Both the position numbers and the translations under genes were made by a program. Source: an uncultured Verrucomicrobiae bacterium (GTDB taxonomy: Bacteria > Verrucomicrobiota > Verrucomicrobiia > Chthoniobacterales > Chthoniobacteraceae). Taken from it: a DNA stretch of 64,000 bases. Location: positions 480,001 through 544,000 of the forward strand of contig CAWHEP010000008.1 of assembly GCA_963828525.1 (NCBI GenBank), given 5' to 3'. Under the pieces are notes generated by a model that was given only the letters and a program-made list of their open reading frames with translations, was not told where the DNA came from and ran no database searches. Within the stretch, counting starts at the first letter, position 1. Every line of letters starts with the position of its first letter. Positions 56,121 through 64,000 of the stretch are shown piece after piece.

Positions 56121-56472
56121 CCGCCGATTGGGCTTCCGCATTTCTCGTGGATGGTTCACGGCACCCGACACCCAACACTGCTAATCCCTCTGATTAAACA
56201 GAATGGACTATGGCGCGCGTATTTCACGGTTTGGGGCGGAGAAGGGTTTTCACCGCGGATTACACGGAGCTTTGCGGATTGGGAGATTTCAATGCCAAGA
56301 CGCTGATACAGAAGGGGGAGTTGTGGAGTGAGGAGGAGAAGAGCAGTATGCCTGGGTTTGCCTCCCGCGGTCCCGCTCTGCGGGAACACAAACGCCCTGC
56401 AAGATTTGCCTTCGGCTCTGGGGGTGTGTCACTGACGATGGTTTTGGGAGGGGAGTTTGCGTTTAGACGGAC

Positions 56473-56499
56473 GGACGCCTCGGCGAGGCATCCCTATCC
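56473..56499. repeat. REP-like palindrome GGACGCCTCGGCGAGGCATCC-CTATCC
   Basis: Variants near 25354, 26411, 27464, 41437, 52216, 59916, 60102. Confidence 0.75.
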
Positions 56500-56727
56500 T
56501 GCATGCGATACGCAATCGTCTCCGAAGTTGCACTTCGTCCCGCTCTCTCCGCTCTCCCCCTCCCGGGCCTCTGCGTCTCGGCGTTTAAAATCCCCCTCTT
56601 CCGTTACACGCCTGGCGGTCTTCGCGGGCGCCCCTCCCCCAAGCTTCGCCGCCCTCTGCGGGAATTGTGTTCACTAAGTGTTTGTAAGTGTGCGTATGTG
56701 TTTGTAAGCGCACCCATTCTGCTCTTT

Positions 56728-56756
56728 TTGCTTTTCCCTTGCGCTTGGCGTAAACC
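56728..56756 (+). promoter_or_regulatory. putative sigma70-like promoter TTGCTT-N17-TAAACC, 7 nt before cartridge ATG
   Basis: Same geometry before ATGs at 41730, 45770, 48487, 52486; spacer sequence varies, length fixed. Confidence 0.5.
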
Positions 56757-56763
56757 TGCTCGC

Positions 56764-57594
56764 ATGAACAAAAACAGATCGGTTAAGAGTGTGGCTGCGG
56801 CTTTTCTGTCGCTGCTGGTGTTTGGGATCGCGGACGCCCGCGGAGGAGACGCGGATCACCCGCTCATGAACGGGAAGCTCCGAGTCACGACGTTATCGCC
56901 GGAGGAGATTCGATATACGGGCAAGCCCTATAGCAAGGCCCTTGGCGCGTATGTGTTCAATGCGCGCGCCTATGATGCGACGACGAGCCGATGGACCACG
57001 CCGGATCCGAGCGGGTTTCCGGATGGGGCGAATGGGCGTGTTTACGCGCCGGTTCCAACAGGCGACTTTGATTTCGGAGGTTGCTACGCAGTTAAGAATT
57101 CGTCTGGGGTTGGAAATTCCTGGATTCAGATGTCCAATGTCGCGAGCGACTCACTGAACTCGATTGCGGGGAAAGAGGTCTACCATGGAGATCAAGGAGA
57201 TCCTAATCGGCGGCCAGACCCTCTTGATGGCCAGTGCGCAACGGGGGCCCAGTTTCTCTGCGGAACAATCGCGGGACACCTGCACGACTCCCCGCTCACG
57301 GGCACATGGGCGCCCGGACTGCTGGTTCAAGGCCACAAGATTCAGGCAGGAACGATGATTGCAGCCGGGTGGGACTCGAACGGGGTGTATGAAAGCAACC
57401 TGTCGGGAAATCATACCGCTATTTACCTGAGCCAAAATTCGAGCGGGGTAACAGTGTTTGACCAGTATGCTGGCACCAAACTGGGCAAGTCCACCTGGGC
57501 CTGGAATAAATTCGGCATAGGCATTGCTTCATGGGCCGTCGTGACAACGACGATTCAGGATGATCCCAACCGAAGCGTGAGTTTCCTAGAGTGA
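56764..57594 (+). CDS. intact mini-Rhs cartridge with Tae2/Tae3-like (BPSL0067-type) peptidoglycan amidase CT
   Basis: Signal + core; GQC..T.TW.PG..V..GTMIA..G.Y..NHTAIYLSQ..GVTVFDQY; ends SFLE. Confidence 0.88.
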   Translation: MNKNRSVKSVAAAFLSLLVFGIADARGGDADHPLMNGKLRVTTLSPEEIRYTGKPYSKALGAYVFNARAYDATTSRWTTPDPSGFPDGANGRVYAPVPTGDFDFGGCYAVKNSSGVGNSWIQMSNVASDSLNSIAGKEVYHGDQGDPNRRPDPLDGQCATGAQFLCGTIAGHLHDSPLTGTWAPGLLVQGHKIQAGTMIAAGWDSNGVYESNLSGNHTAIYLSQNSSGVTVFDQYAGTKLGKSTWAWNKFGIGIASWAVVTTTIQDDPNRSVSFLE

Positions 57595-58229
57595 GCGCGC
57601 GCTATAAAGCTCCCTTCCTGATCTGGCTAAGCTTCGCGTGCCTCTGGTCATCCGAAGCGATTGCGGGAAAAGAGGTTCCCGGTTCTCCCCGCGAAATCGC
57701 GCGGAGGATGTTCCATACAGGCTGGTATAACCGCTTGCAACCGAACGGATTCTCCTTGTCCTTGGAGGAAGCGATGCCGCTGCTTTCCCCAACCCTCGCA
57801 GCGGAGGTGAAAGACTGGTATAAGGCGCGTGACCACCTTTATTCAGCGGGGCCTGACCCGGGGGGTAATTTTGACCCTCTCGTCCAGAGCTACTGGCTTG
57901 TAACCAGTGTAAAGATCGACAAGGCTAAGGTCGTCGCAGATCATGCAACAGTGGTCGTTCACCTGAAACGGTCCTCGCAGGGGATGTTTGGCACGGAGAG
58001 AAGCCAATGCAGGTTTGTCCTGGTAGATGGGCGATGGCTTCTCGAAGATATCATCTTTGCGCGCATGATCGTGAATCCCATTATGAAGAAATCGTCTTCG
58101 GCAACTTTGGTTCTCTCGCAAGAGCTTCGAACTCAGGTCGCTCATTTTTATTCGGATTATGATCTGGCGTTACAGCAAAAGAAGAGAATGAAAGAGATGG
58201 GAATGAGGGACGATGCAGCGGGCAGGTGA
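57591..58229 (+). CDS. DUF3828-like exported immunity protein
   Basis: GTGA overlap; LLSPTL, NFDPLV, ATVVV, GRWLLEDI. Confidence 0.75.
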   Translation: MSARYKAPFLIWLSFACLWSSEAIAGKEVPGSPREIARRMFHTGWYNRLQPNGFSLSLEEAMPLLSPTLAAEVKDWYKARDHLYSAGPDPGGNFDPLVQSYWLVTSVKIDKAKVVADHATVVVHLKRSSQGMFGTERSQCRFVLVDGRWLLEDIIFARMIVNPIMKKSSSATLVLSQELRTQVAHFYSDYDLALQQKKRMKEMGMRDDAAGR

Positions 58230-58489
58230 TGGGAGACGGCTTCAACCGGTATATACTGTGGAGGGTGCCACCCTGGGCTCAATTCGCCGCAAGGCAACAA
58301 ACCCGCCATCACCCGCGTAAAGCATAAAAACCTCCCCCTTCCTTCGCGTGCCTTGCCTCTTTGCGTGAGCCCCTCCCCGACGCGTCCGGCCCTACATGGG
58401 AATTACATGAAGGCGCTTCGTGAGGCGGGCCTCCGACACTTCCGCGAACGTTGCAAAAGATCTTACCATCGACATTCCCCGATGCGATC

Positions 58490-58840
58490 GGTGCGATACC
58501 AATTGGCTATTACGCCATTTACACACGGGGGCAAGGCGGCCAATATTTCGACACGGGTTTCACTGCGTTCATCTTAGATCCGAACGATGGGACAAAACTT
58601 AACGACGTTTGAGATGGCGGGCCGTCCGATGGGCGCTACAGTTTTAGAATTCATGAGGGAGCGCAATCGGATAGAAAAGGCTGCATCGTCTCGCCCGCGG
58701 GGGAGATGCAAGCGATTATAAACGCTCTGACCTATTCGTCCAGTGAACACACCACAACCATAACCCAACATTCCCCGGCCATACCCGACCCAGTAACCTT
58801 TCACGAATATTTCATTGGAACTCTCCATGTTACTGAATAG
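58490..58840 (+). pseudogene. degraded Tlde1-like CT
   Basis: IPIGYYAIY..AFILDPND..DV*DGG..GRYSFRIHEG..KGCIV..FHEYFIGTLHVTE. Confidence 0.75.
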
Positions 58841-59381
58841 CCCATTGATACGAACACAGGGCGTTCATGGGTTAATCGCTTGGTTACCTACGGCGATAGT
58901 GAGTCTTGTACTCGGAATCTGTCCGCGCTGTTGCCATGCGACAGAAGGGGGCGTCACATCTGGCGTAGCGCAGGCTCGGCAGATCACAATCCCGGAATGC
59001 GATCGGGTTTTTTACGCTCTTTACGTTCACTTCATGTATCTAAATGATGTTCCGCATATTGCCCCATTGTTCAGAAAGGTGTCTCCAGACCCGATGCCTG
59101 AACGCGAGGACACGCATGACAGAATCGCTGCCCAGGTGCGCTCTTTTACTATCCCGGAAAAGTGCAGGTTCGCGGTGTTATTTTTGCTGGCCTTCGATCT
59201 GGATGGCGAGAATGCGGAGACGTTTGGCGATACCTATTTGGGCTCGGACAAACAGAAGGTCGCCGCAAAACTGGACGAAGTGACGGATAAGGAGTGGATT
59301 TATCTGAGCAAATCGAGACGGGTTCCTGTCCACGACAAAGTGGAATTCATCAAGCGGCAAATAACGCTCTGGAAACGATAA
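58827..59381 (+). CDS. Tlde1-linked immunity family
   Basis: EKCRF..LDGENAETFGDTYLGSD; start uncertain. Confidence 0.78.
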   Translation: MLLNSPLIRTQGVHGLIAWLPTAIVSLVLGICPRCCHATEGGVTSGVAQARQITIPECDRVFYALYVHFMYLNDVPHIAPLFRKVSPDPMPEREDTHDRIAAQVRSFTIPEKCRFAVLFLLAFDLDGENAETFGDTYLGSDKQKVAAKLDEVTDKEWIYLSKSRRVPVHDKVEFIKRQITLWKR

Positions 59382-59546
59382 GCGTCCACGATCATGCGGA
59401 AGCCGAACTATAGCGCGAAGGTAACCTGTTCAGGTCAGTTGCTTTTTTTGAGCACAGGCAAGTGAACTCGCTCCTACAGGTCGCGCGGCATTCGGTCTCA
59501 TCCCTCTTCGCTTTCCGCGCCAGAACCGATATCCAAGGAAGGCGTT

Positions 59547-59750
59547 TCACAGCGTCGTGAGTCGGTAGCGCTGCTTGCTGCTCTTGGGACTGTCCGGCTG
59601 CGTCCTCTCAATGACTTCAGCGCGCAAGGCGGGGGGTAGAATCGCCTGTCGGAAATGCTCTCGGTCTCTCATGCCGAGCGCGGCCGAGAGTTCGCCACGG
59701 GGCGTTTCTCCTTCTGGCACGCTCAAGAGTTTCGCGACTTCCGGGGTGAA
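59547..59750 (-). pseudogene. C-terminal wHTH fragment of Fic-like/regulator protein
   Basis: ELSAALGMRDREHFR..L.PAL..IERTQPDSPKSSKQRYRLT. Confidence 0.6.
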
Positions 59751-60332
59751 GAACCTGAGCGTGCACCCGGAACCGCCTTCGGCGCTCATTTCCTTCGGCT
59801 CTGGGAGAATCAGTCCCGCTTTGGGGGAATACAAAGGCATTACAAGATCTGGCCTTCGGCTTTGGGGGTGTGTCACTGACGATGGTTTTGGGAGGGGATT
59901 TGCGTTTAGACGGACGGACGCCTCGGCGAGGCATCCCCACCTGGGCGGGTTCGCTGCGACGGGGGCTTGGCGGATGGGGGGGCACTGGGCGGAGCCGCGA
60001 GAAGGAAGGCTGGGCGCGCGTCGGGCAGAGCTTCGAGAAGGGGGGCGGCGGAGGACGCGACGGAGGTTGTTGGTGGGGGAAGGGTGAGTCGCGCGACGGA
60101 CGGACGCCTCGGCGAGCATCCCACGGGCATCCTGCTATCCGTTGGCGGTGTTTTAGGGCGCCAACATTATGACGATTCGGGTCGAGGAAGAGGAACCAAC
60201 GCGCTCAATCTACCTAACGGAATGCTTTCGCTTTTCCAGGGACGCCTGCGAGCGCGCGCCGTTTCCAAAGTTTACCTAAAGTTCATTAAATTCTCCTTAT
60301 ATCATGCGGGGTTTCGGTGGAATTGGAGTGAC

Positions 60333-61425
60333 TTATGCCGCGACTTGTTCCGGGAGTGGGCCGCCATCAATGCTCAGACCAAGGCTCGCCGCGGTGACCC
60401 GCCCGGTCGCGATCCGCCATAGATCGACCGCCAAGCGGCGCGCCAAGGCCACAATGGCTTTCTTGCGCCGCGAGGGCTCAGGCGCGGCCAGCACCGGCCC
60501 CCATTTCTGCACCGCCCGATAATGCGGCTGAAAGCGGCTCGTCCGCCACGCCAGCTCGACCATGAGCTGGCGCAGTCGTGGATTGCCGTGCTTGGTGATC
60601 GATCCCATTCGGCGGCTCGCTCCAGAAGAACTTTCACTCGGGCACAGCCCAAAGTAGTTGCCCACCTGGCGCAGGATTCTTAAAGCGTCCTTGCTCTACA
60701 AGTTCCCGCCGCAGCAATTCGTAGGTCAACTCGCCTTGCCCAAAGAAGAGACCCTCAGGCGCGGCGGCCTTTAACTCCTTCTCCAGGCGGCCTGATTGTT
60801 CCTCGGCCAATTCCAGCAGCTTCTTCCATACCTCCAGATGCTCAATCACCCCAGGCGCCATTCGCTCTTTGATCTTCTGCCATAGCGCGCCGCTCCACCA
60901 ACGCCCGGTGACAGGCATCTGCCGGGCCAAAAGCAGGCTGCGCCCCATCGCTTGCATGCGCCGGATCTCTTTGCGCAATTGCTGCCGCAATCGACCTTGT
61001 GCCCGTTCCTGCTCTTGTTCGGGCGTGGGAATATGCACCACCGAGAGCGCCCGCTTATGCCCGCACAGATAGTCGCTCAGCCGCCGGCACATCACCTGCG
61101 CGTCGCTCTGGTCGTTGACTTGCCGCTTGCCCTGCTTGTCCCAATTCTGGGGCGCTATGACCAGCGCGTTCGCCCCCATCTTTTGCATGCGCCGCGCTGG
61201 CTCATAGCCAAAGCAGCCAGCTTCGTAGCACACCACCACTGCGCCGGCTCCCGCGATTTGCTTACCCAGCCACGCGTAAAACTTCTCCGGGCTAAACTTC
61301 TGCGCGGGCTGCGGCGCGCTGTATTCGATCTGTCTGACCACCCGAAAACTTTTCAGGTGCATGTCGATCGCGATCTTGATGAGGGAGGGTTTTGGTTCTA
61401 TTTTTGGTTGCTGTTTAGTATTCAT
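60333..61425 (-). mobile_element. IS110-family transposase (frameshift near 60668)
   Basis: IAIDMH, YEAG, ND..DA (DEDD), then GLCPSESSSG..ITKHGN..LR. Confidence 0.88.
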
Positions 61426-61587
61426 GGGTTGTCTGACGGTTGCGCCTTCGCGCTCGTTCAGGCAACCCATGTCATCTACCTGGATCTGGCCTTGCGGCGT
61501 TTGGAAGAATCAGTCCCGCTTTGCGGGAACACACATGCACTACAGTTCTTTTAGGAATCGGCGTTTGACACAAACGCCCTACAGGGT

Positions 61588-62700
61588 TTGGGATTGGCCG
61601 CCGTGATCAACCATCTTTACGTTCATATTCCGTTCTGTCCGAAGCTGTGTCCGTATTGCAGCTTCTACAGCGAGGTGTCTGATGCTTCGCAGACGAGGCG
61701 GTTTCTTGACGCGCTTTTGCTGGAGATTGAGGAGGCAACGCGGCATGGCAAGCTGACTCCGCGAACGATCTTTTTTGGCGGGGGCACTCCAAGCGCTCTG
61801 TCTGTCTCCCAGCTCGCGTATCTGCTGGAGGGGATGCGGGCCCGCCTGGATCTAAGCGGGCTGGAGGAGTGGACGCTCGAGATGAACCCGGCCACTGTCT
61901 CGAAGGAGAAGGCGCGGCTGTTGACGGAACTGGGGGTAAACCGGATCAGCATGGGAGTGCAATCGTGGGACGAGAGAATCCTCCAGGTGCTGGGCCGCGC
62001 GCACACTGGGGCGCAGGCGGAACGCTCGTACGGGATCCTGCGAGAGGCTGGGTTTGAGAATATCAACCTGGATCTGATGTTCGCGATCCCGACCCAGACG
62101 ACCGAGCAGTGGCTGGGTTCACTGCGGAAGACGGTAGCGATGGCTCCTGAACATATCTCTGCTTATTGCCTGACCTATGAGGAGGATACGGAATATTTCG
62201 ACAAGCTGACCGCGGGTGAATTTACGCAGGATGAGAATGTGGACGCGGACCTTTTTGAACTGACAATGGATACTCTGAGCGAGGGCGGCTACGAGCAGTA
62301 TGAGATTTCGAATTACGCGAGGGAAGGCAAAGACTGCCAGCACAACCTCGCCTACTGGACCGGGGCAGATTACGTGGGAATAGGGCCGAGCGCGTTCTCG
62401 ACTGTGGGGAGCCGGCGCTGGCAGAATATACCGAACGCGAAGGAATACGCGGATCGGATTTTCGCGTCTGAATCGCCGGCTTCTTTCGAAGAGGTCGTTA
62501 ATGAGTCCACGCGTCTGGCGGAAAAAATCGCGTTCGCGCTGCGAACAAACCGGGGTGTCCCGGTCGCGCTGGTGGGGCCGTGGCGGGAGGAGATCGCAAA
62601 TTTTGAGGAACTCGGATTGGTGAATGTGAGCGATCAGCGATTACTGCTGACAAGGCAGGGTAGGATGCTGGCCGACTCCGTCGCGGAGGTCTTTGTCTAG
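61588..62700 (+). CDS. hemW: radical SAM heme chaperone HemW (HemN-like)
   Basis: LYVHIPFCPKLCPYCSF, GGGTPS, YEISNYA, HNLAYW. Confidence 0.9.
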   Translation: MGLAAVINHLYVHIPFCPKLCPYCSFYSEVSDASQTRRFLDALLLEIEEATRHGKLTPRTIFFGGGTPSALSVSQLAYLLEGMRARLDLSGLEEWTLEMNPATVSKEKARLLTELGVNRISMGVQSWDERILQVLGRAHTGAQAERSYGILREAGFENINLDLMFAIPTQTTEQWLGSLRKTVAMAPEHISAYCLTYEEDTEYFDKLTAGEFTQDENVDADLFELTMDTLSEGGYEQYEISNYAREGKDCQHNLAYWTGADYVGIGPSAFSTVGSRRWQNIPNAKEYADRIFASESPASFEEVVNESTRLAEKIAFALRTNRGVPVALVGPWREEIANFEELGLVNVSDQRLLLTRQGRMLADSVAEVFV

Positions 62701-63781
62701 GAGAAAGTTCGATGTAATCGTGGTCGGGGGAGGGCCAGCCGGCTCGACATGCGCGGCGTTCTGCGCGGAGGCGGGACTTAACACCCTGCTCATCGAACGC
62801 AGCGTGTTCCCACGGGATAAGGTGTGCGGCGATTGCCTGAACCCAGCGGCTTGGGGAGTGCTGGACCGGTTGGGGGTGTCCGGACGGTTGCTGGACCGGC
62901 AGCACGCCCGCCTGGACAGTGTGGAGTTCGTTGGGTTGGGCGGCCAGACGCTGCGCATCGCGCTTTCAGAGAAGGGCGTGGGCGAGATCGCGATCAAGCG
63001 CAGCCTGTTCGACCATATCCTGTTGTTGAAAGCGGCTGAGCGCGGCGCCGAGGTAAGGGAGGGTTTGGCGGTGTCATCCGTGGAACGCGGCTGGTCGGTC
63101 ACAGCGGGAGGGGAGACATTCGAAAGCGAAGTGCTGGTGGCCGGAGATGGCCGCAACTCCACGGTGACAAGGCTCGCGGGAGTGCTGCCCGCGGCGAAGA
63201 GGGATCGCATCTCCCTGCAAACCCACTATTTGCCGAAGGCAGCCCCGGCGCGAGGTGTCGCTCTCGAATTCATGCGCGGAGGCTATTGTGGATACTGCGA
63301 TGTGGGGGGCGGCGAAATGAACCTTTGCATGGTGGGGCGCGCAACCCAGGCGCCAGCGATGAGGGAGTGGGCGCGGCAGCGTTTCGGCGTGCCGACGACA
63401 CAAGTCTGGCGTACGATCGCGCCACTGGCCCGCGCCCCTGTCGCGCCGGTGCCGGAGGCCGGATTGATCCTCGTGGGCGACGCTGCTCGTGTGCTGGAGC
63501 CTTTCACCGGCGAGGGCATATTCTACGCCCTTTCTTCAGGAGAACTCGCCGCGCGCAGCATCATCAGAAAGGCGATTACTGGCAGCGGGGATCGTTTTTT
63601 CGGTGACTACCGGAAGTCCCACGCGAAGCTCTATTCAGGGCGGCTGTGGATCAACCGGATCGCAAGGGAAGCGGTATTGCATCCTGTCCTCGGGAGCCTG
63701 GCGGTGAATGCCTTCAGGCTGAGGCCAGCATTTCTTCGGCACTTGACCGGCAGAGTTCTTGGGGCGGCTTTGGTTGAATAG
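62693..63781 (+). CDS. FAD-dependent oxidoreductase (geranylgeranyl reductase family)
   Basis: GGGPAG, FPRDKVCG, GDAA..PFTGEGI. Confidence 0.85.
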   Translation: MSRRKFDVIVVGGGPAGSTCAAFCAEAGLNTLLIERSVFPRDKVCGDCLNPAAWGVLDRLGVSGRLLDRQHARLDSVEFVGLGGQTLRIALSEKGVGEIAIKRSLFDHILLLKAAERGAEVREGLAVSSVERGWSVTAGGETFESEVLVAGDGRNSTVTRLAGVLPAAKRDRISLQTHYLPKAAPARGVALEFMRGGYCGYCDVGGGEMNLCMVGRATQAPAMREWARQRFGVPTTQVWRTIAPLARAPVAPVPEAGLILVGDAARVLEPFTGEGIFYALSSGELAARSIIRKAITGSGDRFFGDYRKSHAKLYSGRLWINRIAREAVLHPVLGSLAVNAFRLRPAFLRHLTGRVLGAALVE

Positions 63782-63850
63782 CACAGGTTCCGCAGTCGGG
63801 GCAGTCTCAGTTTTGAGCACCGATGGCGCGGGGCGTGCTTTTAACAGGGT

Positions 63851-64000
63851 ATGCTTCGTCAATACTGGAAACCTGTTTCAGCGATAACAGCACTCGCCTT
63901 TGCAGCGGGAGCTACTTTTGTTTTTTCGGGCGAAAGGCACCACGCCTCCCTGGCCGGGCCGGTGACCCTTGAACATCTGCGGGCGGGCATACGGCCAATG
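63851..64000 (+). CDS. partial exported protein running off window
   Basis: MLRQYWKPVSAITALAFAAGATFVF, open to the end. Confidence 0.4.
   Translation, partial: MLRQYWKPVSAITALAFAAGATFVFSGERHHASLAGPVTLEHLRAGIRPM

Noticed and set aside
56503..56763. N-terminal extensions of cartridge ORFs in the ORF track (also 45623, 52420)
   Set aside because: They run through the shared non-coding leader and are not frame-conserved between copies; the MNK start is conserved
24000..60000. T6SS, CDI or prophage locus
   Set aside because: No VgrG, PAAR, Hcp, CdiB or phage structural genes recognised

Overview
Bacterial chromosome segment; the gene set and protein style suggest Verrucomicrobiota (inference). 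0.3-23.7 kb is housekeeping: eda, a secretin, trpF, a proteasome-type protease and the str/S10/spc/alpha ribosomal-protein cluster on the minus strand. That cluster lacks tuf, rpsN, rpmD, infA and rpoA, and has an unrelated exported coiled-coil gene between rpsS and rplV. 61.6-64 kb holds hemW and an FAD oxidoreductase. Between them is a ~37 kb polymorphic-toxin island that looks like a split Rhs system. The YD-repeat shell gene stops at the conserved ..TAFG motif and is coupled by an ATGA overlap to a separate small gene: signal peptide + RHS-associated core (RYTGKPY..DPSGFPDG..DxxG) + variable C-terminal toxin (CT). At least 9 such cartridges or core remnants and about 10 orphan CT tips are present, each followed by an apparently exported immunity-like gene. 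All 19 distinct CT ends I could read finish in Glu. Recognisable CTs are mostly envelope-directed (Tae-like amidase, Tlde1-like L,D-transpeptidase fold, lipase, possibly colicin M-like and beta-pore-forming). Seven paralogs of an unrecognised immunity family each follow a Tlde1-like tail. Also present: nested IS1182-like elements, an IS110, a GxxExxY gene between hairpin repeats, and a DUF3102-like gene with four 25-bp palindromes. Caveats: frameshifts in essential genes (rplB, rplC, rplD) indicate indel sequencing errors, so single-base frameshifts elsewhere are not proof of pseudogenes. No full-length shell gene lies in this window, and all family assignments are by eye.
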